From: Mobula hypostoma
Taxonomy: Eukaryota
DNA length: 64,000 nt
Assembly (NCBI RefSeq): GCF_963921235.1
Contig: NC_086097.1
Coordinates: 109,494,001-109,558,000, forward strand
Reading direction: 5' to 3'
Shown: positions 14,655-27,189 of the stretch, piece after piece
Layout of the letters: every line of letters begins with the position of its first letter
Numbering within the stretch: position 1 is the stretch's first letter
The notes under the pieces: model-generated
Databases searched by the model: none
What the model was told of the DNA's origin: nothing
The model's input: the letters and a program-made list of their open reading frames with translations, nothing else
Made by a program: the position numbers and the translations under genes

Positions 14655-14890
14655 AAAATCTGAGAAATTTCATTAGCCAAAGGGTGGTGAATTTGTTGCC
14701 ACAGGCAGCTGTGGAGGCCAAGTTGGTGGGTGTATTTAAGGCAGAGATTGATAGGTTCTTGATTGGACATGGCATCAAAGGTTACGGGGAGAAGGCTGGG
14801 AACTGGGGTTGAGGGGGAGAGAAAAAAAGATCAGCCATGATTGAATGGCGCCAGATGGCCTAATTCTGCTCCTATGTCTTATGGTCTAAA
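14655..14890 (+). mobile_element. CR1 3' fragment
   Basis: gggtggtgaatttgttgccacaggcagctgtggaggcc...cctaattctgctcctatgtcttatggtct. Confidence 0.75.
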
Positions 14891-16938
14891 ATCAAAGGTT
14901 CCCCACTTTGCCGGTTGACCTTTGCTCTGACTTCTCCAAAGTAGCAGTAAACAATTACGTGTTACATATGGCAGCCTGCAAAAATCCTGTAGCAAAGTTT
15001 CTGGAATTGAGGGCGTTCCAATTTTGAGAGCAGTTGAGGTATGCTAGACAAACTTCAAGAAGCAAACTAACACACCAATAATTGAAACCAATAATGCTGG
15101 GAAAACTGGCAGGTCAGGCGGTACCTGAGCAGAGAAAGAAATGTCAATGCTTCAAGTTGAAGATCACGTGCAAGTTTGCCTTCAACCCACACATCACCCT
15201 AGCTTTGGAATATACGTTTGCATTTTTCTGGTGGCTGATATTTCGTGCAGCTGCAACTTTCCATGACTGCACAATGACAATATCTTTATGATAAGCACAG
15301 TCAGGGTCAAGAAGGCTGATCCCTACCACCATCCCAAGAGCATTTAACTTTAACTGTTGATCAGCCTGCAACACTGACATTCTGTGAGTGACTGAAAAAC
15401 TCTCAAACAACCATATTATATTCTCTCTGTGGCTGATTATCAGAGCTCATGCTTCATCAAGAATCGTGAAGGCAAGACTGAGTACTTTGTTATTCCAGGC
15501 TCTATTCAAATAACCATTCAACAGCAACACCTTACAATTGTGTACTAATTATATTTGTGCATACTATTAGTGTCTGTGTGCACGATCACTTACTCCTACA
15601 CAACAAATATGGCCAAATATCTACGTAAAATCGGCTTCAGGACTCTCTACACTACCATCAATTGTGGATTCTGTGGCTCCTGTTCTAATAATTGGCAGGA
15701 CTCTCTCTCCCCCAGGCTTTGTGCAAATAGACAAGATCTTGTTTGGCAACAGTCTGCTGCAGCTTATGCCAGTTATGCCCACTTTTTCTTTCTGTGAGGG
15801 AGAAATGTGCATTAGTGACTCTAAATGTACCTCAATCTCATGCATGCCAGGACTGAGCAGCTGTGAATACGTGTCAATTGTGAGATAGGGTGAAAAGGTT
15901 GGCGTAGGGTGCAAATCAATACAGTATAATTGTTAGGAGGCATTCAGGATAGTAGATGATATTGTTAGATGCCTATTGTTTTTGCATACTAAGGCTTGGC
16001 TTGTCAGGTTATTTTTATGAAAAATATATTTTGAATGAGAGCATTGCTAATCAGGCCGGTATTTATGACATAACTCCCATTGCCCTGAGCTGAATGGCTT
16101 ACTGGAGTATTTCCATGACCATTTTAAGAAACAGACAGACTGCTGTGATGCCAGACTCGCACACAAGTCAGACCAGTAAGTATGACAGACTTCCTCCCAC
16201 GAAACTCATCCATAAACCTGATATATCTTTCATGACAATCTGATAGTTTTGTGAACATCCCACTGAAATACTGACGATTGGAACCCAAATATTAATTGCA
16301 GAGTTGCAAACTGATTTCAGGTCCCAGGATTGTTAGAACTGAAGCCTTTGAGTTTTTGGTCCAATAACATAGTCACCCTGTGGGATTCACTAATGATTTT
16401 ACTGACTTACATCACTGTTAAGTAATTTTTATAGCATGTTATTTACATCCTGAATAGCTCACTGCTGGCATTGATGCAGAGCAAACTCCTCCTCCATTAA
16501 TCAACTCATCATTGTTGATTTGAGTGGCACCCCAGCCCCGGTAAACTGAAGCCCTCCTTCCACCTTCTCACATTGTTTACAAGGTGTTCAGAGCTACTTT
16601 CAAGCTAAACTGCACAAGCTTCAAGAAAGCTTCCTACCAATATTTGGAAACAACAAGCACTCCCCCTTTAAGAGATACAGCCATGACTTCAGCAAGTGTC
16701 ACCCGGTTTTTGAAATTGCATCTTCTATAGAAAAGCTACTTGATAAATTCCACAAGAATTTACTGTGAGAGCAAGAATTTTAAATGCATCATGAATGCAG
16801 GTTAGTCTGTGCTTTGCAAATCCACTGCACACTTTCAGTGCTCTTCAACTTTCTAGCCTGAATTAGGAAATTGAATGGGAAAGTAGTCTACAAACTTTGT
16901 AAATGAAGAAGTGATTCTTTGATTCCTTGATTCTCATT

Positions 16939-19900
16939 CATAGAAACATACAAAACCTACAGCACTATACAGGCCCTTCGGCCCACAGAGTTGTGCTGAT
17001 CATGTCCCTACCTTAGAAATTACTAGGCTTACCTATAGCCCTCTATTTAACTAAGCTCCCTGTACCTATCTAAAAGTCTCTTAAAAGACCCTATCGTATC
17101 CGCCTCCACCACCATTGCCGGCAGCCCATTCCATGCACCAAACTTACCCCTGACATCTCCTCTGTACCTACTCTCCAGCACCTTAAACCTGTGCCCTCTT
17201 GTGACAACCATTTCAGCCCTGGGAAAAAGCCTCTGACTATCCACACGATCAATGCCTCTCATTAAAAAACACCTCTGTCAGGTCACCTCTCATCCTCTGT
17301 CACTCCAAGGAGAAAAGGCTGAGTTCACTCAACCTATTCTGTGACGAAAGTACACATGGACTAAGATGTTGACTGTCCTGTGCTATCATCAGTGGGATCA
17401 ACAGTTGATCTGCCATCTGTCTTCAGGAGAGAGATAAGTAAGACAATGGAGCAGCATTTGGAAATGTTAATGAAGAGACGAGAGAGATTAACGGAAGGAG
17501 ACACCGGTCTGGGTATTGTCAAGACTGGTTTGCTTTGAACCTGAACTGTTTGAAGTGATGGACAGGCGATACCCCAACAGGAGGATAAAAAGGGACGGGT
17601 TCGCTAAGGCAAGAGACACCACCCGAGACATCACTCATGACACCACGAGGTATCGAGACCCTGGAAGCGGTGCGCCCCCACAAGTCAGTGGGAGTTTTGG
17701 AGGGCTGTTCACGAGACCAGCCATAGACGCACAGAGTGGAAAGATTCGGTCGGCAGGAACCTGGTGTGTGTGTCCACCCTTGCCTGGGTGCCGGGTTCAC
17801 CGCAGAAGAACGATCGTATCTGAAAACGGAGGGGTCACAGTCGGTGACCTCAGAAGACATTACAAAGGGCTCGCCTGAAATCTAACTGCGAGAAATATCA
17901 AAGGTCTGTTGAATTCGATTTTGAATATCAGCATTCGCTCTTTCTCTCTCTCTCTCTCTCTTCAACAGACATACAACGATTGCTGCGAACTAAACTAAAC
18001 TGAACTCTGTCACTTGTGATTGAACATTTTACCCCTAGACTGCGATAGAGCTTGATTGATCCTATTATCCTAGTTCTGTGTACATGTGTGTTCATTCAGT
18101 GCTAACCTGTTGCATTAATATCCTTACTATTAGAGCACTGTGTTGCTTATTTCTTTAATAAAACTTTCTTAGTTCCAGTAATCCAGACTCCAACTGAGTG
18201 ATCCATTTCTGCTGGTTTGGCAACCCAGTTACGGGGTACGTAACAATTCTCATAAGGCATGCTCCCCAATCCAGGCAACATCCTTGTAAATCTCCTCTGC
18301 ACCCTTTCTATGGCTTCCACATCCTTCCCGTAGTGAGGCGAGCAGAACTAGAAACAGTACTCCAACTGTGGTCTGAACAGGGTCCTATATAGCTGCAACA
18401 TTAACTCTCGGCTCCTAAATTCAATTTCACGATTGATGAAGGCCAATACACTGTACACTTTCTTAACCACAGAATCAACCTGCACAGCTGCTTTGAGTGT
18501 CCTATGCACTCGGACCCCAAGATCCCTCTGACCCTCCACACTGCCAAGAGTCTTACCATTAATAATATATTCTGCCATCATATTTGACCTACCAAAATGA
18601 ACCACTTCACACTTATCTGGGTTGAACTCCATCTGCCACTTCTCAGCCCAGTTTTGCAGCCTATCAATGTCCTGCTGTAACCTCTGACAGCCCTCCACAC
18701 TATCCACAACACCTCCAACCTTTGTTTCATCAGCAAATTTACTAACCCATCCTCCACTTCCTCATCCAGATCATTTATAAAAATCACTAAGAGTGGGGGT
18801 CCCAGACCAGATCCCTGAGGCACACCACTGGTCACCGGCCTCCATGCACAATTTGAGCCGTTTACAACCACTCTTTGCCTTCTGTGGGCAAGCCAGTTCT
18901 GGATCCACAAAGCAATGTCCCCTTGGATCCCATGCCTCCTTACTTTCTCAATAAGCCTTGCATCGTGTGCGTTATCAAATGCCTTGCTGAAATCCATATA
19001 CACTACATCTACTGCTCTTCCTTCATCAATGTGTTTAGTCACATCCTCAAAAAATTCAATCAGGCTCGTAAGGCATGACCTGCCCTTGACAAAGCCATGC
19101 TGACTATTCCTAATCATACTATGCCTCTCCAAATGGTCATAAATCCTGCCTCTCAGGATCTTCTCCATCAACTTACCAACCACTGAGGTAAGACTCACTG
19201 TTCTGTAATTTCCTGGGCTATCTCTACTCCCTTTCTTGAATAAAGGAACAACATCCACAACCCTCCAATCCTCCGGAACCTCTCCCACCCCCACTGATGA
19301 TGCAAGGATCATCGCCAGATGCTCAGCAATCTCCTACCTCACCTCCGACAGTAGCCTGGGGTACATCTCATCTGGTCCTGGCGATTTATCCAAGTTGATG
19401 CTTTCCAAAAGGTCCAGCACATCCTCTTTCTTAATATCTACATGCTCAAGCTTTTCAGTCTGCTGCAAGTCATCACTACAATCACCAAGATCCTTTTCCA
19501 CGGTGAATACTGAAGTATGGTATTCATTAAGTACCTCTGCTATTTCCTCTGGTTCCATACATACTTTCCCACTGTCACACTTGATAGGTCCTATTCTTTC
19601 ATGTCTTATCCTCTTGCTCTTCACATACTTGTAAAATGCCTTGGGGTTTTCCTTAATCCTGCCCGCCAAGGCCTTCTCATGGCCCCTTCTGACTCTCCTA
19701 ATTTCCTTCTTAAGCTCCTTCCTATTAGCCTTATAATCTTCTAGATCTCTAATATTACCTAGCTCTCTAAACCTTTTGTAAGCTTTTCTTTTCTTCTTGA
19801 CTAGATTTATTACAGCCTTTGTACACCACAGTTCCTGTACTCTATCATAACTTCCCTGTCTCATTGGAACATACCTATGCAGAACTCCACACAAATATCC

Positions 19901-22010
19901 CCTGAATATTTGCCACATTTCTTCCATACCTTTCCTGAGAACATCTGTTTCCAATTTAAGCCTCCAGTTTCCTGCCTGATAGCCTCATAATTCCCTTAAA
20001 CGCTTTTCTAACTTGTCTGTCCCTATCCCTCTCCAATGCTATTGTAAAGGAGATAGAATTATGATCACTGTCTCCAAAATGCTCTCCCGCTGAGAGATCT
20101 GACACCTCACCAGGTTCAATTCCCAATACCAAATCAAGTACAGCCTCTCCTCTTTGTAGGCTTATCTACATACTGTGTCAAGAAACCTTCCTGAACACAC
20201 CTAACAAACTCCACCCCATCTAAACCCCTTACTCTAGGGAGATGCCAATCGATATTTGGGAAATTAAAATCTCCCATCACGACAACTCTATTATTATTAC
20301 ACCTTTCCAGGATCTGTTTCCCTATCTGCTCCTCAATATCCCTGTTACTATTGGGCGGCCTATAAAAAACACCCAGTAAAGTTACTGATCCCTTCTTGTT
20401 CCTAACCTCCACCCACAGAGACTCTGCAGACAATCCCTCTATGGCATCCACCTTTTCTGCAGTCATCTCTGATCAACAGTGTCATGCCCTCACCTCTTTT
20501 GCCTCCCTCCCTGTCCTTTCTGAAACATCTAAAACCTTGAAGTAACTATTCCTGTCCCTGAGCCATCCAAGTCTCTGTAATGGCCCCACATCATAGCTCC
20601 AAGTGCTGATCCACGCTCTAAGCTCATCCACTTTGTTTACAACATTCCTTGTGTTAAAATAGACACATCTCAAACCTTCGGTCTGAGTGCGTCCCTTCTC
20701 TATCACCTGCCTATCCTCCCTCTCACACTGTCTACAAGCCTTCTCTATTTGTGAGTCAACCTCTTCTTCCCCAGTCTCTTCAGTTTGGTTCCCACTCCCC
20801 AACAGTTCTAGTTTAAACTCTCCCCAGTAGCCTTAGCAAACCTCCCCGCCAGGATATTGGTCCCCCTGGGATTCAAATGCAACCCGTCCTTTTGTACAGG
20901 TCACCCCTGATCCAAAAGAGGTCCCAATGATCCAGAAATCTGAATCCCTGCCCCCCTGTCCATCCCTCAGCCACACATTTATCCCCCACCTCATTCTATT
21001 CCTATTCTCACTGTCACGTGGCACAGGTAAGATTATTACCTTTGCAGTCCTGTTTCTCAACTTCCTTCCTAACTCCCTGTAGTTTTTTTTCAGGACATCT
21101 TCCCTTTTCCTACCTATGTCATTGGTACCAATATGTATCACAACCTCTGGCTATTCTCCCTCCCACTGCAGGATATCTTGGATGCGATCTGAAACATCCC
21201 GGACCCTGGCACCTGGGAGGCAAACTACCATCCGAGTTTCTTTCCTGCGTCTACAGAATCGCCTGTCTGACCCCCTAACTATAGAGTCCCCTATCACTGC
21301 TGCCATTCTCTTCCTTTCCCTACCCTTCTGAGCCACAGGGCCAGACTCTGTGCCAGAGGCATGGCCACTGTCGCTTCTCCCAGGTAGGCCACCACCCCCC
21401 CAACAGTACTCAAACAGAAGTACTTATTGTTAAGGGGTACAGCCATAGGGGTACTCTCTAGTATCTGACTCTTCCCCTTCCCCCTCCTGACTGTGACCCA
21501 CTTGTCTGTCCCCTGTGGCCCCGGTGTGACCACCTGGTTTTAACTCCTCTCTATCACCTCCTCGCTCTCCCTGACCAAGCGAAGGTCATCAAGCTGCATC
21601 TGCAGTTCCCTAACTCGTTCCCTCAGGAGCTGCAGCTCGACACACCTGGTTCAGATATGGCCATCAGGGTGGCTGGGAGACTTCAGGACCTCCCACATCT
21701 GACACTGAGCACAGAAAATTGGCCTCACTCTCATACTACTTTCTTTCCGCAATTAACACAGGTAAACCTACCTTGCTTCATCCTGTTACTGCCTAAGCCC
21801 ATTGAGCCAAAGCCCTTTCACTCTGCTGCCTCTCACGCCGCTGCCCGCTCTAAATGCAGCCCACTAAATATGGTGGTCTTTTTAAACCTTTCATGCTCTA
21901 CTGGCTTACGTCACGCGCCCGCGCAGTCTCGCCCTTCTTTTACCCCGAGTAGTAAAAAACTCCCTTCGCTCCAAAATATCAGCCATTCACTCGCAGCCTT
22001 CTCGCTCCGA
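16939..22010 (-). mobile_element. Near full-length degenerate CR1 LINE (5'UTR, ORF1, ORF2 APE-RT), interrupted by a solo LTR
   Basis: ORFs 21151..21336 (VIGDSIVRG esterase block), 20833..21141, 20134..20466, 19334..19954, 18578..19312, 18348..18707 and 17047..17262. Tail CATAGAAAC at 16939 and a CpG-containing 5' end near 21900-22010. Confidence 0.93.
17340..18245 (+). mobile_element. Solo LTR (906 bp) inserted in CR1
   Basis: Termini TGTGACG...CGTAACA, with 4-bp TSD ATTC at 17336-17339 and 18246-18249. Removing it restores CR1 aacctattctcataagg. AATAAA near 18157. Confidence 0.9.
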
Positions 22011-22319
22011 ATCATTTACAACTTAAATTTTACAAGAGAACAGGAATAAATTGCAACTTACCATCTGTGAAACATCTTTAGTTAGCATTTTCAGTCATGG
22101 TCACGCACCAATCTGAACTGTTGAAATGATTGTTTAATCTGAAATGGATATTTTGCTATTATTAAGCAGAAATATTTAACATTTCTGAGAAAATTTAACC
22201 AGAAAATTCATTTTAGCATGTGCATTTGTGAAATTGTTTTATAAACTGCATTGCTCATTTTGAACTTTGGCTTTGCAATGCATTGCTAGTCATTTCACTT
22301 TAAGCACCTGAGCTGTTTG

Positions 22320-22568
22320 TTATATCGCTCTGCATCGTGTCCATTGTATCATTTTAAATTGTTTCCGTGAAGAGGCTCTAAGTATAACTTCCTCCCTTTT
22401 ATATTCCATGTGGTATTTCATGCTATTTTTTCCACAGCTTTTGTTGCGTTTGTTATTGAGGGATGGTGCAGAGCACAACAGGTCGCCAGCATGCAGGGTG
22501 CTCAACTCAACTTTGTTGATTACACGGCTTGTACAGCATGTGAACTCCTCCCTTGTTGGAATGGCTAA
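22320..22568 (-). CDS. Candidate terminal exon (LAIPTREEFTCC...WTRCRAI*)
   Basis: ttattcctacgacactcag|TTAGCC... stays open in phase 0 for 82 codons to TAA at 22320, in non-repeat-like sequence. No homology recognised. Confidence 0.3.
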   Translation of the reverse strand, partial: LAIPTREEFTCCTSRVINKVELSTLHAGDLLCSAPSLNNKRNKSCGKNSMKYHMEYKREEVILRASSRKQFKMIQWTRCRAI

Positions 22569-22679
22569 CTGAGTGTCGTAGGAATAACACTATAACTACT
22601 ACAACAGCTTTTAGTGTGTGAGAAAACTTTTCAAGAAGATGCTAATGGAAAAAAGCCTATGCTGCATCAGAGCTACCAA

Positions 22680-23778
22680 TGTGACTTTGACCGTGGAATG
22701 ATTGTTGGTGCCAGATGGGGTGGTTTTGAGTATCTGATCTCCGGGAATTTTACATTCAACAAACTCTAGAGTTTACAGAGAATGGTGCAAGAAACAAAAA
22801 AAAACGTCCAGCTTTGTGGGGGAAATTGCTGTGTTAGTGAGGGAGAATGGCCAGATAGGCCAGACTGGTTCAAGCTGACAAGAAGGTGTTACCACACATA
22901 ACAACAGTGCTGTTCAGAAGAGCAACCCTGAACACACACTATGTTCAGCCTTGAAGTGGATGGGCTACAGCAGCAGAAGACCATGAACACACAGTCAGTG
23001 GACACTTTATTAGGTATAGGAGGTAACATAGAACATAGAATAGTACAGCACACTACAGGCCTTTTGGCCCACAATGTTATGCCACCTCTCAAACCCTGCC
23101 TCCCATATAAGCCCCCACCTTAAATTCCTCCATATACTTGTCTAGTAGTCTCTTAAATTTCACTAGCGTACCTGCCTCCACCACTGACTCAGGCAGTGCA
23201 TTCCACGCACCAACTACTCTCTGAGTAAAAAACCTTCCTCTAATATCCCCCTTGAACTTCCCACCCCTTACCTTAAAGCCATGTCCTCTTGTATTGAGCA
23301 GTGCTGCCCTGGGGAAGAGGCGCTGGCTATCCACTCTATCTATTCCTCTTATTATCTTGTACACCTCTATCATATCTCCTCTCATCCTCCTTCTCTCCAA
23401 AGAGTAAAGCCTTAGGCTTCCTTAATCTCTGATCAGAATGCATACTCTCTAAACCAGGCAGCATCCTGGTAAATCTCCTCTGTACCCTTTCCAATGCTTC
23501 CACATCCTTCCTATAGTGAGGTGACCAGAACTGGACACAGTACTCCAAGTGTGGCCTAACCAGAGTTTTATAGAGCTGCATCATTACATCGCGACTCTTA
23601 AACTCTATCCCTCGACTTAGGAAAGCTAACACCCCATAAGCTTTCTTAACTACCCTATCTACCTGTCAGGCAACTTTCAGGGATCTGTGGACATGTACCC
23701 CCAGATCGCTCTGCTCCTCCACACTACCAAGTATCCTGCCATTTACTTTGTAACTAACGAAGTAGCTACTGGGTGTAT
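22680..23778 (+). mobile_element. Tc1/mariner-like remnant split by a CR1
   Basis: gactttgaccgtggaatgattgttggtgccaga encodes a transposase N-terminal GMIVGAR-type motif. Terminal motifs cagtggacactttattaggt and taacgaagtagctactgggtgta. Confidence 0.6.
23028..23750 (-). mobile_element. 5'-truncated CR1 fragment inserted near the end of a Tc1-like element
   Basis: ORFs 23089..23400 and 23336..23632; (ATAGAAC)n tail; GTAAC on both sides; visibly near-identical to the 3' part of the CR1 at 38773. Confidence 0.9.
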
Positions 23779-24118
23779 GTTACAGAACAATGTAACATAT
23801 AATAACGCTTCTTTCTCTCCACCATCAGATTTGTGAATGCTCCATCACCATTTTGCTCTCTTCTTGTACTTCTTGCTTACTTTTTTTGCTATATTGCTTA
23901 TTGTCTCATAGCAGGATTTTATGTATTGAACTGCTGTCTCAAAACAACAAATTTCATGCCATATGGCAATGATAATAAACCTGGTTCTGATGTACAGCTT
24001 TTGAGAGGGCATTGGAGTGCTTGCAAATAGTGAAAAATTTGAAGGTAATTTATATTTAGTCATTACAAAGGACATATAGCAATCAAATAAATCATAGAAA
24101 GATCTAAAGAGTTTTTAC

Positions 24119-24460
24119 CTGTCGTAGAATGGTTCTGAATTCCAGAGTTTCTTTTTGATGGTGTTTATTTTTGATTAATTCTGTATCTTTGACAGCTTCT
24201 GAACGGGCTTCAGGATCAGTTTGATTTGAAGTTGAAGTAGCTGCTGAACTGACCAGACTATGTCGTAACATGGAATACATTGAGAGACTTGTGCCTGGAT
24301 TTGATTCCAGCTGATCGAAGTTGGTGACGGCTGCTGGCGCTGATGTCGTACAGACGGATGAAGGACAAAGCTGGCTATCTGATACCACATCCCCCGTTTG
24401 CTTCAGCACTTCCTGGTATGGGTTGACTGAAGACTGTTCATCCAATAAGCTTAGCAACCG
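24119..24460 (-). CDS. ITPRID1: Coding exon of ITPRID1-like gene (RLLSLLDEQSS...KETLEFRTILRQ)
   Basis: ggtccttctttcag|CGGTTGCTA...CTACGACAG|gtaaaa. The 342 nt are 114 codons, phase 0-0, and continue the preceding exon. Lies within ORF 24104..24577, is Ser/Thr-rich and is not repeat-like. Read-through of the donor gives VKTL* (stop at 24104). Confidence 0.72.
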
Positions 24461-24501
24461 CTGAAAGAAGGACCAGGTTTCACTGTTCCAGACCGTATCA
24501 T

Positions 24502-25282
24502 AGAAACATAGAAACATAGAAACATAGAAAATAGGTGCAGGAGTAGGCCATTCGGCCCTTCGAGCCTGCACCGCCATTTATTATGATCATGGCTGATCAT
24601 CCAACTCAGAACCCAGCCTTCCCTCCATACCCCGTGACCCCTGTAGCCACAAGGGCCATATCTAACTTCCTTTTAAACATAGCTAATGAACTGGCCTCAA
24701 CAGTTTGCTGTGGCAGAGAATTCCACAGATTCACCACTCTCTGTGTGAAGAAGTTTTTCCTAACGTCGGTCCTAAAAGGCTTCCCCTCTATCCTCAAACT
24801 GTGACCCCTCGTTCTAGACCTCCCCAACATCGGGAACAATCTTCCCGCATCTAGCCTGTCCAATCCCTTTAGGATCTTATACGTTTCAATCAGATCCCCC
24901 CTCAATCTTCTAAATTCCAACGAGTACAAGCCCAGTTCATCCAGTCTTTCTTCATATGAAAGACCTGCCATCCCAGGAATCAATCTGGTGAACCTTCTTT
25001 GTACTCCCTCTATGGCAAGGATGTCTTTCCTCAGATTAGGGGACCAAAACTGCACACAATACTCCAGGTGTGGTCTCACCAAGGCCTTGTACAACTGCAG
25101 TAGTACCTCCCTGCTCCTGTACTCGAATCCTCTCGCTATAAATGCCAGCATACCGTTCGCCTTTTTCACCGCCTGCTGTACCTGCATGCCCACTTTCAAT
25201 GACTGGTGTATAATGACACCCAGGTCTCGTTGCACCTCCCCTTTTCCTAATCGGCCACCATTCAGATAATAATCTGTTTTCC
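24502..25282 (-). mobile_element. Young 5'-truncated CR1 fragment
   Basis: Uninterrupted 209-aa ORF 24606..25235 (RPHLEYCVQFWSP), (ATAGAAAC)n tail, and TSD TATCAT at 24496-24501 and 25283-25288. Confidence 0.93.
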
Positions 25283-25647
25283 TATCATCACTGCTTTCCT
25301 CAAGTTATCAGAGTCAGAAATGACCACAAAGCAATTAAATACAAATACTTCAATGGTTATTGAAATTCAATAAAGATCTGATGAAAACAATATCTTACCA
25401 ACACAGAATAGGTACAAGTAATTGAACAATACTCATTGTTAGCAAAGTTTCAGATGATGACAAGAGGGTGTACAGGAGCAAGATATATCAGTTAGTTGAG
25501 TGGTGTCACAGCAACAACCTGGCACTCAGTGTCAGCAAGACGAAAGAGCAAACAACAGGAATTCTGCAGTTGCTGGAAATTCAAGCAACACACATCAAAG
25601 TTGCTGGTGAACGCAGCAGGCCAAGCAGCATCTGTAGGAAGAGGTGC

Positions 25648-25683
25648 AGTCGACGTTTCAGGCCGAGACCCTTCGTCAGGACT
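25648..25683 (-). ncRNA. Minimal type I hammerhead ribozyme motif in Penelope pLTR
   Basis: Minus strand reads AGTC-CTGACGA-AGGGTCTCGGCCT-GAAACGTC-GACT: intact core, AGG/CCT helix II, palindromic ACGT helix III, GUC cleavage triplet and a 4-bp helix I. Confidence 0.8.
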
Positions 25684-27155
25684 AACTGAAGGAAGAGTTG
25701 GTAAGAGATTTGAAAGTGGGAGGGGGAGGGGGAGATCCAGAATGATAGGAGAAGACAGGAGGGGGAGGGATAGAGCCGAGAGCTGGACAGGTGATTGGCA
25801 AAAGGGATATGAGAGGATCATGGGACAGGAGGCTCAGGGAGAAGGAAAAGCGGGGGGGGGGGTTGGAAAACCCAGAGGATGGGCAAGGGGTATAGTCAGA
25901 GGACAGAGGGAGAAAAAGGAGAATGAGAGAAAGAATGTGTGTATAAAAATAAATAACAGATGGGGTACGAGGGGGAGGTGGGGTATTAGTGGAAGTTAGA
26001 GAAGTCGATGTTCATGCCATGAGGTTGGAGGCTATCCAGACGGAATATAAGGTGTTGTTCCTCCAACCTGAGTGTGGCTTCATCTTTACAGTAGAGGAGG
26101 CCGTGGATAGACATGTCAGAATGGGAATGGGATGTGGAATTAAAATGTGTGGCCACTGGGAGATCCTGCTTTCTCTGGTGGACAGAGCGTAGGTGTTCAG
26201 CAAAGCGGTCTCCCAGTCTGCGTCGGGTCACGCCAATATATAGAAGGCCACATCGGGAGCACCGTACGCAGTATATCACCCCAGCGGACTCACAGGTGAA
26301 GTGTTGCCTCACCTGGAAGGACTGTTTGGGGCCCTGAATGGTGGTAAGGGAGGAAGTGTAAGGGCATGTGTAGCACTTGTTCCGCTTACAAGGATAAGTG
26401 CCAGGAGGGAGATCAGTGGGGGTGGGATGGGGGGGACGAATGGACAAGGGAGTCACGTAGGGAGTGATCCCTGCGGAAAGCAGAGAGGTGGGGGGGGAGG
26501 GAAAGATGTGCTTAGTAGTGGGATCCCGTTGGAGGTGGCGGAAGTTACAGAGAATAATATGTTGGACCCGGAGGCTGGTGGGGTGGTAGGTGAGGACCAG
26601 GGGAACCCTATTCCTAGTGGGGTGGCAGGAGGATGGAGTGAGAGCAGATGTACGTGAAATGGGGGAGATGCGTTTGAGAGCAGAGTTGATAGTGGAGGAA
26701 GGGAAGCCACTTTCTTTAAAAAAGGAGGACATCTCCCTCGTCCTGGAATGAAAAGCCTCATCCTGAGAGCAGATGCGGCGGAGACGGAGGAATTGAGGGA
26801 AGGGGATGGCATTTTTGCAAGAGACAGGGTGAGAAGAGGAATAGTCCAGATAGCTGTGAGAGTCAGTAGGCTTATAGTAGACATCAGTGGATAAGCTGTC
26901 TCCAGAAACAGAGACAGAAAGATCTAGAAAGGGGAGGGAGGTGTCGGAAATGGACCAGGTAAACTTGAGGGCAGGGTGAAAGTTGGAGGCAAGGTTAATA
27001 AAGTCAACGAGCTCAGCATGCGAGCAGGAAGCAGTGCCAATGCAGTCAACGAGCTCAATTCCCTTTGCTAATCACCCTCCTGTCTTCTCCCATCATTTTG
27101 GATCTCCCCCTCCCCCTCCCACTTTCAAATCTCTTACTAACTCTTCCTTCAGTTA

Positions 27156-27189
27156 GTCCTGATGAAGGGTCTCGGCTTGAAACGTCGAC
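27156..27189 (+). ncRNA. Minimal hammerhead ribozyme motif in the inverted pLTR
   Basis: GTC-CTGATGA-AGGGTCTCGGCTT-GAAACGTC-GAC. Confidence 0.75.

Noticed and set aside
15621..15914. Minus-strand ORF with acceptor-like sites (tttctccctcacag) as a further exon
   Set aside because: No recognisable homology, and overlapping ORFs of similar length exist on the other strand. It cannot be supported without RNA data.
1..16900. PPP1R17 exons expected from remembered human synteny
   Set aside because: No PRRKDTPA-type motif is seen in the ORF track or by reading; short exons could have been missed.
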